64,000 bases of DNA, taken from NCBI RefSeq assembly GCF_009914755.1, contig NC_060930.1. One strand, 5' to 3'. This document shows, piece by piece, positions 1 through 15,022 of this stretch. The stretch comes from the human T2T-CHM13v2.0 reference genome, Homo sapiens. Position numbers and translations under genes: made by a program. Below the pieces are notes generated by a model. The model searched no databases, was not told the origin of the DNA, and saw only the letters and a list, made by a program, of their open reading frames with translations. Each line of letters opens with the position of its first letter. Position 1 is the stretch's first letter.

Positions 1-520
<520 letters not shown>

Positions 521-3500
521 ATACATAAATTCGGGGTGTTTTACACCAATGGAATCATATGCCCAGTTTTATAATCTGATTTTAATTTTTACTCAGAATG
601 TGGATATCAGTCCAAATCAATAAATATAGACAATAATTGACTTAGTTCAGCAGAGAAACTGGAATCTCACACTAAGGGTGAGGAAGGCGGGAGACAGGAG
701 CATTCAGGGAGGGGCAACTCACACCTTAGAGACCAGGAAAGACTCAGGTGTTTCTAAGCCAGGGGAGCCAGTGGGGCTGAACACAAGAGAATCGTGCAAG
801 CTTTAAGAGGAGCATCCAGATCCCCAGATCTCCGGTTCCTCCAGGCAGCCCCAGGGGTCTGGGAGGCTGGGTGGGAAGGAGATCTAAGTGCTCCCTCCAT
901 GACCTGCTGCTCGACTCCCACCTTCCTTCCACCCTCAGAATTTCTCTGTGGGCCTCATTGTGACTCCGCTCCCCTCCTTCCCACCCAGGGGAAGCCATCT
1001 CCACATGATGGACTTTATCTGTGTGCCTCATCATGTCTCCACTCACCTCTTTCCCATGCAGGGAAAGCAGGCTCCGCACAGTGGGCTTTCTCTGGGCTCC
1101 TCTTCTTGTCTCACAGTCTCCTCCTCTGTGGCTTATGCTCTCAGGTTCCTGGTGCATTTATCAAACCAGCGCTCCGGGTCCTGCTCACTCTCCTCTGGCT
1201 GCCAGTGTGCAGCTCCCTGCCTCCCAGTGTTCTTAAGTTCAGCAGTTATAATTTTCATCTCCAATGATTCCTTTTTGCAGGATGCTCCTTTTTCATGACT
1301 AATTGCTCTCATTTTGTCAATGCAGCAGACTCTTGTGTCTCACTGAAAGCATGAATTCAGGTTTTTAGTTACTTCTTGTTTCTTGTGTACTGTTGTGCAT
1401 GGAATCATTTTCTCCAGTTCTGCTCTTCTGAAGAATTGTGCTGAGCCCTGCTGCCCTGCCTGGCCAGCATCTTCTCTTCATATCTGTAGATGGACAGAGT
1501 TGTTCGGTGTAGCAGGTGCCCTGCGTTCTGTCATGGGAGACACAGTGCCTTGTTCAATTCTTTCACTTCCCAGTTACTGTATTTTTTCTGGTTGGTGGGG
1601 CTCAGGGGGAGATATCCAAGGGTTCAGGAGCTCTGGCCACTTTTCCTTGTGAGAGTTTGATGGGGCTGAACAAGACAGTTAGGGAAGGAGGTAAGCCCTC
1701 CCTTCAGGTGCTCAGCCCCTCTGACCTCTGTACTGTCTGCCCCGTGGCCTCCAGTCCCTCAACACACACCTGCACCCAGGACCAAGCTTCCTCGGCCCTA
1801 CTGTGCGCAGCTGGACCCATGGGCTCCTGCACAACTGGACCCCAGAATCCTCCCTGCAGCCTTCCTCTGCCTTCCAGCCGACGCAGGAGCTGTTAGTGAA
1901 GGGGAACAGAAAAATGGATCCATAAATCCTTGCTTACCTCCCTCGCAGGCTCTCTTGCCTGGGACAGATGACATGGCTCCTGCCTGCTCTGCTCTCTGTC
2001 AAAACTTCCCCAAGTATTGAGTCTGTGGGCATGACCATTCTCTAGTTTCTATCTGTGGCTTGGAATTTGTGTTAATGTATTGGTTGGGTCCTTTCAATTG
2101 GAATGGGGAGAGAGAGGAATCCATAAATCTGTGACTCAGTGACCTTTAGGAATTGGAAGCCAAGGTCTATTTCTTATGTCTTATTTTGTATTGTGCATAG
2201 CAGTGTCTCTCAACTGTTTGAATCCAGGCCCCTGGAGATGAATGTGGACTGTCAGTGGTGTGGCTTTTTCCACCTGCACCTTCTGCAGAGCAGGGTGCAC
2301 CTTGAGCACCTTGAGCACGGGCATCTTCTGCCTGTGCACCTGTGCACATGAAGGAGCCTCTTGGGGTCTTGCTGCCTTTGGGGCTTTTGCTTTCGCCTCC
2401 AGCTCCTTATACTTCTGCCCATATATCTCACTCTCTGTTTTCCAGCCTGTCTTTTCTGTTTTCTGAAGTCTGCCCTTTCCCCTTCATGGTTAGGTGAAGG
2501 AAGGGGAAATAGAAGGAAATATTTGAAGAGGAAAGGTTGTGGCACTGCAGGGTATTTGTGACTTTATCCCCAATTGCATTCTTCAAGTGCAGTTATTGGT
2601 TTTTAGGGTATCTCTTTGAGTGAGATTATCTTTAAGTCTTTTGTCCTTATTCTGAGAAAATCTTATAAAGTTTCCCTATATCTTTTCATAGCCTGGATTT
2701 CTCAGAAAACACATGGAGAAGCAAAGCTTCTGCTAGGTTGCTGTGGGAAGGGGAAGTATAGGCCCAGGCGGGCAGAGTGAGGGAAGGGGAGTGGGGCAGA
2801 GTGGGCAGGAAAGTGGACACATGTGGGTCCCCACAGAGCCCTCCAGATCCCATGCATAGAGCAGCTGCTGCCACCAGCAGCACAGACATCTTCCAAGGGC
2901 TGGCAGAGCCAGGGCACCTGCTCTCCAAGAAGGGCAGAGGTCGGCAGGCATGCACAGCACTTACCCCAAGGCATGGTGTCATTATTGCTGTTGCTTTGGA
3001 GCCTCTTATGGGACTGGAATCTGTGGAGAGGATGGAGAGAGTAATGCATCTGGAATGGACCTCCTGGCTCCTTCCTATTTCTCATCTTGATGGTCACACT
3101 GCACACTTCCCAGGCCGCTTGGCCACCTCACTGTCATGCAGCCACCAGGACAGCCAGATCCCTGCTCCAAGCACTGCAGGAGGAGTCCTCCTCCAGCAGG
3201 GTACAATCTGGCACTGCAGCTGCTGTGACTCATGCGCATGGCATCAAGGCAGCCATGCCCAGGCCCAGCTCTTACCTCTGGGGAAGATAGACAGCTGACA
3301 GGTCAGGACACAGACTTTGGTGGCAACTGCCCGAGCACCCACATAGCAAGTTGCCGAGGCCAGGGGCATGCAGAGCCAGGAAAACCTGGGAAGATGCATA
3401 AACAGGCCCAGCCCAACTTTGCTTTCTGTAGGTTTCAGGTTGGCAGAGGAAAGCAAATAAGTGAAGAAAGAGTGGTGGGGGAGGAGCATTGGACAGAGGG

Positions 3501-4129
3501 AAGGAGGCCAAAGACAAACTCTTCTCACTGTCTGTAAGTGAGCAGGAGTCTGACCCCCGGCTTTTCTCCCAGAGCCTGCTTCTGGCTTTACAGTTATCAC
3601 TGCCACACTCATGAGCAGTATTTCCAATACTGCACAGCAAGAGGGGCTCCCAAGGAAATACATGTAGACCCAATCTCAGCTTAGGCAAAAAGATTTCTTT
3701 GCTACAGGATTTGTCAGAACCTTAAAATGTCAATGTATTGGAATGTCTGCATTCAGAAGGGCTATCCGAGACATTATACTAATGTATGATGGTCTCCACT
3801 CATGTTTTTGGAGGCCTCATGGGAGTAGTGTTTATAGGCGTCACCTTAGGAAATGCTGCCCTAGACTTTTCTGACTGTTTGCCAGCCCCATCAGGCTTTG
3901 GATCTCGTATCTTCAGAAATGCTGTCAGTATTTTCCAAGGTAAAAACTAGTAAAGAAAACCAAACAAAAATCCAGAAATGTGCTCAGTTAATAGTTCTCC
4001 TAGTATCTTCCCAGAATAGCATGTGCATTTCACCCTTGTCCTGGAGATAATGTCTATTACCTGTATTATAATCTGGAAATGAATTCTAACTCCTTTTATT
4101 ATGGGCATGACCTTGTTTCTGTACTCCCA

Positions 4130-4400
4130 GCCTCCAACCAGCAAGAAAATGGGGGTCTCAGTCCCACAGCCACAAGGACTGGGATTCTGTAAATGCCCCA
4201 GATGAGCTGGGAGGCAGATTCCTCCCCAGAGCCTGCAGATGGAGTTCAGCCTGCCCCTGACACCTTGCGTGGGAGACACTAACAGGGAGAAGAGCTGAGC
4301 CTCCCCCAGCCTTCTGACCTACAGCACCATGTGATCATGAATATGTGTTATTCTAAGCCACTAAGTTGGTGGTAATTTGTTATATAGCAATAGAAAACAG
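4130..4400 (+). mobile_element. MLT1-type MaLR LTR fragment
   Basis: cttctgacctacag...taagccactaagttggtggtaatttgttatatagcaatagaaaac is a typical MLT1 3' end. Confidence 0.7.
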
Positions 4401-4522
4401 ATGCATTAAGTTTGTCTACAATGCCCATGCCTGCAGTCATATTCTTTGGCTTCCTAGAAGGTGACCAGCAATACATGTCAGAGTGTACAATTAGAAAAAA
4501 AAATACAAACAATACATTATGT

Positions 4523-4710
4523 TGTGGTTCTCAAACGTGAGTGTGCATCAGAATCCCCTGGAGAAGTGTATTCAAACACAGATTTCTGGGACCCACCCCT
4601 AGAAATTTTGACTCAGTGTGCCCGAGGTGGATCCCAAGAATTTGCATTTCTGGTAAGTTCCCAGATGATGCTGTTGCTGCTAGACCAGGAACCACACTTT
4701 GAGAACACTG
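4523..4710. mobile_element. MER5A (hAT-Charlie MITE)
   Basis: Terminal inverted repeats gtggttctcaaac ... tttgagaacactg, with internal gcatcagaatc and aatttgcattt motifs. Confidence 0.85.
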
Positions 4711-6957
4711 TGTTAAGTCATGAGCTCTCCTTTTGAAAATAATGATTTACTAAGTTGCTGTATGTTTCTCAATCTCTACTTTAATTGCTTATTTTATGAT
4801 AAAAAATATTTCTATAAAATGCTCATAGAAATGCCTCTTATTGTGAGTCCAGTCCCCATTAAGTTGCCTGTCTACATTGTGCTTCTGAATTTAGTCATTT
4901 TTCCCTTTGGGACTGTTCTATACACCACCTTATTCACTATTTTTATTTTCTTACAAATAAACTTTACAGGAATCAGCTTAAGAAGCTAACAGCAATTATC
5001 TGCAACAAGAATAAGTATGATGAAAATAGAGATGTTACCTGATTGTGGTTCTTTATTAGAGAGTAAAGGAACAGAGAAAGGATTACCCCAAAGCTGCATT
5101 GTGCATCAGCTGCTAAGTCATGGCCTGCTTGGGCAGGTACGAGACCAGTGTTAGGAAATGCAATAATCCAGACAACTGGAGCTGCAGGGCACTGGCTGTC
5201 AGTTACCCCCAAACCAAGGAGAGAAGCCAAGGGGAAGACTCCCCTCTTGGGCTCCCAAAGAGGTGAATGTATTAGATAGTCACTGGCTAGAGCATCCAAT
5301 TTAGTCATCTTTCCAGAACACTCACGGTCAGATGACATGATGATGAAATATCTCGTATAGAAGGCTGATCATCTCACTTGATTAAAAAGTTGTGTGACCT
5401 GATTTTTCCATAGAATTGGCCCTTAATCATGAGCCATTTTTTTGTCTTGTATTTAATATCAGTCTTGTGCCAGTTCCTTGGAATATCCAACTGACTGATC
5501 CAATCAATGAACGAGTGTTTATGGAGAGTCTACCAAGTGCCAAGCAGGAGAACATCAATTCTGTCAGCCAGTCCTTGGAATAATCCAACGTGGCCATGTG
5601 GGAGGCCACGGCAAAGGATGGCCAAGCACCTTAACTGACAGGGTTCTGTTCTTGTTCACAGTGGGGAGGGTAATTCTCCAAAATTCAGTCCTGCCACTGC
5701 CACTGGAGCAAGTAAGGGGTGTCAGGCAACTGTCACTGTGCCCTGATGTGCAGCGTGGCATGTCCACTTGACTCTGTGACACGTCTCTCCTCCTAGCCCA
5801 CTGGTAGAGCAGGTCAGAGATTGGTCCCTTCTTGACCATTTGTACTCCCAGTGTTGATGATACTACACCCAGATGGTCAGAGTGAGGCTGCAATTTCAGC
5901 TCTTAACTCATGCCCCGGCTTAGCACTCTTCTCTCTTAGTGGAAGGGAAACCCTGGTAGTGCCAGGTTTATGGCTGCAGGGCTGAGAGCAACAAAACCCA
6001 TCCAGGCAGCAGGACCTGCTGGTTGGGCTGACAGCCTTGGAGACTGTGTTGAACCTGGTCAGCACTGGCTCCAGCAGGGATGGGGCAGAGTCTGTATAGT
6101 GAAGTCTAACGTGGTTGGCCTTGGGTGGGATTCTGTGTGGGTCTCATCCTTTTGGATGGAATTGCATTAAATCAATGCAGTGACTCAAGATGTTTAGTTC
6201 ATGAAAAACAGTAGCTATGCTTGCCAAGTATTTGTGCCTTTGATTAACTTACTTAGAACTAATTAATCACCACTTATAATGTATACTTTTTTAAACAGAC
6301 TCCTCCAAAATGGGGAGGCATGAATTTAAAATAGAGTAGCCCTATTCAGATGGCTATGATCCACTTGTTAAGCACTCCTTAGCCTGAGTGGCCTAAAAAT
6401 CGGAGCCTGGGGCAAAAGCTTATATATTAATTCTTGATCAAGGGCTGCCATCCTAGGGAAGGAAGAGGGGGGAAAGCAAGAGCGGCAGGAAGGAGGGAGA
6501 GCAATTCAGAGCGAGGAACCCCAAGCCAGCCACAACTCCACAGCCAAGGCACTGGCCTCATTCCCCAGGGAGCTCTGCAAAGTCTAGTGGAATATCTGTG
6601 TCTCAGAACAGCCATGGAGGGGGTTGGGCTCCCTCTTCTCCTGTGCTCCATCTTTTACTGGTCAGAGTCTGTCCTGAGAGACAGTCCCATCATGGCTAGG
6701 TTGTCGGGTCCTCTCTGCTTGGGAAGCCAGTATCTTGCGGGTCCAGGCTGACACCTGAGAGGTGGGAAAAAGATGTACACTCTCTCCAGGGGGCTGCAAC
6801 TGGGGAATGAGATGAGTGAGCCACCAGGGAGATGCAGCTGTGTGGACCAGGACTCAGCACAAAGCTCATCCCTGAATTCCAAGGAGTGAGAATGCAGAAG
6901 AGAGAGCTATCTTCCTTGTTGTTTTATTAATCTTTGTTTTATGTGAAACTGATAGGA

Positions 6958-7410
6958 GTATTCATTTCCTAGGGCTGATGAAACAATATACCAGAAACTG
7001 GGTGGTTTCAGAAAATAGAAATTGATTCGCTCCTGGTTCTGGAGGCCAGAAGTCCAAAGTCAAGATGTGCACAGAACCATGCTGTCTCTTGGGCTCTAGG
7101 AGAGGGTCTGTTCCATGCCCCTCTCCTGGCTCCAGCACTGCTGCCAGTCCTTGGCACTCTTTGGCTGGTAGATGCATCACCCCAATCTCTGTCTCTGGCT
7201 TCATATGGCCTTTTTTCTGGTATGTGGCTGTGTCTCTGTTTTCTCTTCTTCAAAGGATACCTGTCATTGGACTAGGGCCCGCTCTGATACAGCATGATTT
7301 CATCTTAACTCATTACATCTACAAAGACCCTATTTCCAAAGGTCAACTTCTGAGGTTTCAGGTAGACATAAAATGTAGGGTGTTGAGGGAGGGGGGAAGC
7401 CAGTCCTATA
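6958..7410 (-). mobile_element. MLT1A/B/C-type MaLR LTR
   Basis: tttcctagggctg...gttctggaggccagaagtccaa...acatctacaaagaccctatttccaaa. Confidence 0.8.
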
Positions 7411-7589
7411 AAATACGCTGAAATTAACTATCTTCCAGCAGGTAAATAGTTGATAACCTCTATATCAACTGCATATTAGACTAAATCCTATTTAATTGGA
7501 CTGGAGTTGGGCTCAGGCATTTTTTCATTTACCTCAAGTAATTCTATATATATATATTTTATTATCATCAGCATTATATCACTGATTAT

Positions 7590-7800
7590 AATGCAATTGG
7601 TAACATTTATTGGACAGTTACTGTGTCTCAGGCACTGGGCTGAGTACTTTATGTATATTATACCAATGACTCATCATTCCAGTTCTTCATCTTACAGATA
7701 GGAACACAAGAGTCAACAATGTTGGAAAATCGCCAGAGGACACAGACCTGGGAGCGGCCAAGTCAAGACATCCAGGCTGTCTGGCTCCAGAACTAGGACT
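7590..7800. mobile_element. MIR-like SINE remnant
   Basis: aacatttattg...caggcactgggctgagtacttt...cttacagataggaacac. Confidence 0.55.
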
Positions 7801-9454
7801 CGTCTTTGCCAAGAGAACCCAGAACATATTTAGAACCTTTCATCTTCTTCTCGTCTTTAGACAGTCTCAGTTATTTAGAGAAATTGTAAACATTTTAAGA
7901 TGCGTAACTGCAAGCCTTCACTACAAAGAAATAAAACAGCCTGGAGAGAGAGGGGCTGACGTATCATATGTATCTTGTACAACCTGAGGATGAGTCACCA
8001 AGGGCAGAAGTTAATAAATGACAGGAATTATTATTCAAACAGATTTAATACTTTCATGTCTCCCAATTTCACAAGTTTAGAAAAAAAGTGATGCATTTAG
8101 AAGACATCTCTCCCTCCTATTTCGAAGCTTAGCTGCCTAACCTACAGTAAAGCCTGATAGTTATGAACCTTGGAGAACAGCTTCTATGACAAGTGAGGAT
8201 CTAAGAGCCTATATCTCATAATGATGCCTCTCTGCATTAAACTAAATCACCCCATTCTGGGCAATCATTGCAGATCCCCTGGTTTCCTGTCTTGGCCCTG
8301 GACCCACACTCCCTTCCCCATCAAAGGTGGGATGGGGAGAAGCAGCTGCCCAGCTTAAAACAGTGTACTTCCCAGTCATGTGCCAGGCAGAACCTTGTTG
8401 GCACCCACGTTTCTGTCTCTGTGGCTGGACCTGCTCCTCATCTTGTCTTCAGTGCCCTTCTTTTTCCTTTGATTTCTACCTAAATCCAGGTCATTGTGGG
8501 ACCTTCTCTGGTCCAACCTTCTTCAAGTCTCCAGCTGCTCTTACCTCCATGGGCCATTTCTTTGTTTGAAGTTATCTTACATTTAGTCGATTCCATTCTG
8601 TTTAGATCTCAGCTGCTCTACATTTGCTTCACAGAAATTGACCTTGGCTCCCAAACTATATAACAAGTACCTCCCAGGGACAGAAACAAGGTGTGTATAT
8701 GCCTGGTATTCCTCCCAGCCTTCTCGGCATAATGCCAAGCAAACAAAATTGGAGTGATCTCCAACATACCTGATAATTACTCTTTATACCTGTAGTATAA
8801 GAAGTGTTAACTTTTTGACATTAAATGAAGGTGCCCAAATAGTGCCATCAGATCATGTTAAAATTTTTTCATGGTGACCCAAATTAATAATGACATCCTT
8901 TTTCCTCATGGAAACCCAAACCAAATTATTATTTATGATTACTATAATTTTTAGCCATTATTAGGCTCTGTTATGGTACTGTGTGGTTGATTAAAAATGG
9001 AAGTTGCCCATGGAGGTCTACATGTCATTGTTTTGGCCAGTGCAAAATGTAGCCAGGAGCACACCACACCTGACAGTATCAGTGATTATTATTATTATTA
9101 TTATTATTTTTAATACTGATGAAGAGTTTAGTGACTCCTGATTTCAAGCTAAGAGCTGATTAGGAAAGGTTCCATTGACAACTCATCCCTAGAAAATTAA
9201 AACAGAAGCACATAGATATTGCAATTTGACTTCAGAGACTTCCCTTTCTCCTAGAACAATGCACACCGCAAATGAGGGCTATTTCCGATGGCTTATAACT
9301 AAAGTAAAATACTGTGATATCGTCTAATCTTAGAATCTCTTAAGTGAGAATTTGTTCAAGAGGGCTAACCTAGAACCCAGTGGAAAAATCCAGCTGATGG
9401 TCACCTGGGTCCATTCCCTATGGTCTGAGGAGCAAATGAGGCCCCTCTCCTGAG

Positions 9455-9868
9455 TTTATTTATTTATTTATTTATTTTATTTATTTATTTATTATTATTA
9501 TACTTTAAGTTTTAGGGTACATGTGCACAACGTGCAGGTTTGTTACATATGTATACATGTGCCATGTTGGTGTGCTGCACCCATTAACTCGTCATTTAGC
9601 ATTAGGTATATCTCCTAATGCTATCCCTCCCCCCTCCCCCTACCACACAACAGTCCCCAGTGTGTGATGTTCCCCTTCCTGTGTCCATGTGTTCTCATTG
9701 TTCAATTCCCACCTATGAGTGAGAACATGCGGTGTTTGGTATTTTGTCCTTGTGATAGTTTGCTGAGAATGATGGTTTCCAGCTTCATCCATGTCCCTAC
9801 AAAGAACATGAACTCATCATTTTTTATGGCTGCATAGTATTCCATGGTGTATATATGCCACATTTTCT
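9455..9868 (-). mobile_element. 5'-truncated L1PA (older GAG-type) 3' end with a (TTTA)n tail
   Basis: ttatactttaagttttagggtacatgtgcac...cccattaactcgtcatttagc. The tail has decayed into a (TTTA)n/(TTA)n microsatellite. Confidence 0.92.
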
Positions 9869-12800
9869 ATGCCTTTTGAATACTTGCATTATTTTCTGCC
9901 TTGCTTCTTACCTTTGACCTTTGTAAATGGGAGATTATTTGTTGCTCTTGTTTTAAGGATAATTTAGAAATGACAACTTTAGCATATATCTAATAATTAC
10001 TTGCCCCAGCATTTCATCATTACAACTCAAATTAACATAATGTCTGTTTGGATTTTAACAAAGAAGAAAAGCTAAGAAAAACCTTCACTTGGAAACCCTT
10101 CAAAAGTTTCTCATTTGGCTACAGTTACTCAGGCTTTCTGCAAAACGAAGCAATGTTATCCTTACATTACACCAACAGTTGTTTGAGTCTTTTATCAGAC
10201 TGACTTTCTGCTCATGCCAAAAGGCGTCATTTTCTTTGTGTAAAAGTGACTTTGAAGATTAATAAGTAACAGAATGGGTACACATGGATTTATGAACATT
10301 TAAAATTGCTTAATGTTTTTGCATGTGTATACTTTGAAAAAAAATAGGAGATGCCCCAGTTGTTCTACATAGATTGCCTTAGGAGAAGGACATAAATGTG
10401 CGTCATTGATTCAGACTTAAGTGAATTGTTGGTGATCCACAATGATCTCCCATTGACAAGAGGTGGGTTTTTGGTCTCCCAAGGAACTACAACAAGCTTT
10501 TAGTACTTTATATCAGAAAAAAGTACTTAGCCTGTGAAGCTCATGGCTTTGGTGCCCGCTAATCTCTCTTTAAACACGAAAGATACATCGCAGGCCCAGA
10601 GCTGTTGCATCAGCAGGCAGGCAGCAAGCTGAGAGCTGATTAGGAAGCGTCAGCCCCTAGAGGCAGAGGTCTGCCCCCTGACTCTATGAGCAAGAGTCAA
10701 CATCAAGCCCTTCAATCCTTGGGCCTGCAGTTTTCCCTGTACAGGAAACACAAGCGTGTGTGGATGTGTGTGCATTTCTTTAGAAACACATAATTTGTTT
10801 GTTGCTTTATTTTCTACCTTTGAAAGATGGCAAGATCCCAGTCACAAAAACAGAAACCAGGCTAGGTATTTTAACCAGAGAGGGATTTAATAAAAGCGTT
10901 AGGATTTGAGCTGTTTTGGAAGAGCTGAAGAAGAAGGAGAGGACAGGGGTCAGGAAGGACAGTTCCTGCAGTGTCCTGCCCTGCTGGGTGGCCATTACAA
11001 AGCTGGCAGCTGTGGGGCAGTATCCCTTTGCCCCCATGTGGCCAGGCACACGGGGCACTGGCTGACTCCCACAGCCACCACTGTCAGGATTGGAGCTGGA
11101 GCTGCTGCCACAGCCAGAAGCAGAATGTCCACTACCTCCCTCCTACCTTCTGATTTTGCACTAGCTCCCTACTGGTACAACCTACACAGAACCCTGCCAG
11201 TAAAGGAATCTGAGAAATGTAGTCCCCTGAGGTACAGAAAACACAGAAGGGCAGGCAGTATCTGGCCCAGATGCCTATCATAAAGCTTTAGAAAATGTTG
11301 TGTTATCGCTGCACTTTAACCATTGAAGTATTTATTTTAAATTGATTCTTATTTAAATATCAAATATAAGAGAAATCCTATTTGACTATGCCTTTTATGG
11401 GACAGTCAAGAAGATAATCAGTATTATATTAAAGAATATTTTATGGGTTTAAAGAATATTTTGGGGGCATTTTAATTCACATAGTTCAAAAGCAGCTGAA
11501 TACATGTATTAAAAGGCAAGCTCTTGATAGGCCTTGCTATGTCATCTACGAAAAGCACTCCTGTTTGCCTCTGCTAGCTAACTCAGCTATTTGAAGTACA
11601 GATGGATGAAGCAAATTCTACTGTTTGGGTTTTTATATTTGACACTGGTTGATACTTTTCCAAAGCAAATGTTGCATTTCCGCTGGTAGTTTGATTTCGC
11701 TGTTTGCTTTCTGAAATTCTATGTACTTTTATTTTAGTACATAGAATAACTATGCCTGCTTAATTCCAATGAGAAATTATTTCAGATAAATAATCATCAA
11801 CTTGTTTACTTAAAATAAAATTTTTGTACCTCGAAAAACCAAAATTGATAATAAAAATCCTTTAAAATGACCATGATTACAACTATTATGCATATCTGTA
11901 AATCTCTTTACTTCTTACATCTTGACTGATCATCTCAGCAACTCTGTGAGAAGCCAACTACTACTGCCTCCAAATTTTTTCCAACTATGTTAGGTGACAG
12001 GTCATTAGCTGTAAAACCAAGGCAAGAAGTTGGACTTTATAAGTAAATACGATAGTTTACTTATGAATATGTATTTATGAGACTCCTCAAAATTCATATT
12101 CCAACCACATTAATTTTCTCTTCATGCTAGAGTCTAATGCAGTGGTTAGACTGCAGCATGAAACTGGGGTAAGCATACCACTTGGAGATTTGCAAAGATG
12201 ATCACAGGAATTGTCGGCCTGGATAATTTTAAGGGAGCCAGTTTTCAGATCCTCAACCTACATTCGTACTCTTTCCCAAAACAAATTCGTCTAAGAATAT
12301 GTCCCTTTTAAGGATGCAGGTTCCTACCCAAAATTGTACTTTTCCCACTTTGCAAAATTAATCATGCCTCTCTCTCATCTTTCTCTGAGGCATTGACTTG
12401 AAGTTTTAAAATCTTCAGGGCAACAAACAATGGGACAATTTGACATATTGTTCCAGTATTAAGAAAGTAACTTTCTTAATGTAAGACTAATTATAAGTAA
12501 ATGTAAATGACTGATGACTTAATTAAACAACTTTTTGTAAGTCTGATGGTTTCCATTTTTTTCCTTAGAGCAGAACTGTAGGAGAACTTACATGACATGC
12601 TGGCTAATAAAAAAGTAAAAATAATTTGGTGATAGATCACTGTGAATCTTGGCATACAGCTGAGAAGGAGGTTAAAGAATTGAGTAACATTTCTGTAGCA
12701 AAACTCCCTTCATTCCCACTGATTTATTTATATGGAAAAATCTTCTTGGCCCATAAATTTATAAAAATGAAAAACAGAAATAGAATTAATTTTGAGCCCT

Positions 12801-13267
12801 AACTCATTCTAGTAATAAATAATATATCCACTGATTTCATGACCTAACTAGAAAAACTTAGACTCGCTTTTGGCCATGGAGACATACATTTCCAACAAAA
12901 TTTTACTTCTGCATAATAATTATTTCTTAAAATTTATTACATCTTATTTTTTTATCAATTATGGTCTAAAGATAATTGTAATTATAACCCAAGCAGAAAA
13001 AATCCAATATTTAGAGACTTATTGCCACAGGAAAATTTTAAAAATTAAATGTCAATTTATATATGTAACTTATTGTACATAGAAGTATGGTGACAAAACC
13101 TATAAAATATTTTCTACACGAAATACATTACATTAGAATAAAAGTCTGTGGAAATGAAAATAAGAGCTCAAAGAGAAAAAAATTGATGTCAAATTTCAGA
13201 CTATTAAAGAACAGTCTGTTTATAGCAATTGGACACCTGATAGCATATAATATTCATACTCTATTGC

Positions 13268-13617
13268 AGCCATCCCTTCCTTTTTGGCACTAGGGACCAG
13301 TTTTGTGGAAGACAATTATTCCATGGATGGAGGGAGTGGGGGCTGTTCGGGGAGATGGTTTCAGGTGAAACTATTCTACCTGAGATCATCAGGCATTAGT
13401 TAGATTCTCATAAGAAGTGCGCAACCGAGATTTCATGCGCCGCCCACAATAGGGTTCACGCTCCTATGAGAATCTAATGCCGCTGCTGAGCTGACAGGAG
13501 GCAGAGCTCAGGCAGTAATGCTCGTGGCCCACTACTGCTCACCTCCTTCTGTGCGGTCTGGTTCCTAACAGGCCACAAACTGGTACTGGTCCATGACTCG
13601 GTGGTTGGGGACTCTTG
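13268..13617. mobile_element. MER1B (hAT-Charlie)
   Basis: ttttggcactagggaccagttttgtggaagacaa...ttagattctcataag...ggttggggac. Confidence 0.85.
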
Positions 13618-13648
13618 CTCTATTCAATACGCTTAAAAGAATGATGTT

Positions 13649-13978
<330 letters not shown>

Positions 13979-14174
13979 TTACATCCTTTGCAGTTATTTA
14001 AACAAAGGATATTTATGTGTTAATGTAAACATACGTATGTGATACATTTTCAAAATTTATTTAAAGAGTATATGAGCAAAAATCTTTACAGATCATTGAT
14101 CTATACAAAAGATAAGGTGTTTTGAAGATCTGCATTCTGGCATGTCTCCATGTGTGTTTTCTTTGTTTTCTCAG

Positions 14175-14278
14175 TTTGACCTTGTCTGTGTCAATGCGTG
14201 GATGCTGGACCTCACCCAAGCCATCCTGAACCTCGGCTTCCTGACTGGAGCATTCACCTTAGGCTATGCAGCAGACAG
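14175..14278 (+). CDS. SLC22A3: SLC22A3 exon 2 (104 nt; [35 protein letters not shown])
   Basis: Acceptor gttttctcag|TTTGAC and donor GACAG|gtaggt. Translation matches OCT3 and begins the MFS motif GYAADRYGR. Confidence 0.98.
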
Positions 14279-15022
14279 GTAGGTACCAATGTGACAGCCA
14301 TTTTATGTCACTATAATACCATGCATTAATACGGGGAGAAAAATGTTTTATGTTAACTATTAAAACAATATTTTTGCTAAATTCGCAAACAATTCTTGAT
14401 TCCATCATTCATGACATCCACACTTGGTTGGTTTGACTAATTCTTTTCTTTTCAAACTTCATCTCCTTATTCCTTGAACTTCACAAAGGTCTGAGGCTGT
14501 TCCCGGTAGGACTGAGAGCATCAGAATGAAAACACAGACCTCCAAAGCAGGAACATCATGACTGGGTTGATGCACTGTTATGCTGAATACTACAGAATCA
14601 ATCAATTCGATGTGCTTCAGTAACAACTTACTGATTGTGGTTTTATTAATTTAGTCATAAGATTAGCCTATTCCAAATTTGTTTCACCTAATTTTTTTTT
14701 AAACGAAATCCTTGTATTTTATTCTACAAATGTAAAACTCTGTGAAAAAAATATTTTTCCAAAAACCACTAAAGGAGTTTTTTTCTATTATTTTGTATTC
14801 ATAAATGCAACTGCCCAGTGGCAGGCACGGTGAGTGTGTATATTCAAGACATCATGCTTTCTATTTAAATATTCTTCTTCCTTAAGATTATTGATGCTAG
14901 CTATTGTATTCATGTTTAACTCTATTTTTAATTCCAATTCTAACTATGAAAATACTTGCAGTAATTTAATATTCCTCTCTATCCCCCTTAGCAGGAGTAA
15001 TAGGAATATAGACTGGAAATTG

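Noticed and set aside
744-3700. Dense cluster of overlapping ORFs of 100-173 aa on both strands
   Set aside because: No recognisable domains or splice structure. This is expected from locally higher GC content within intron 1.
14279-14288. Tandem donor gtag-gtacc at exon 2 (+4 alternative site)
   Set aside because: The +4 site is a much weaker consensus, and this is a common configuration with no supporting evidence.
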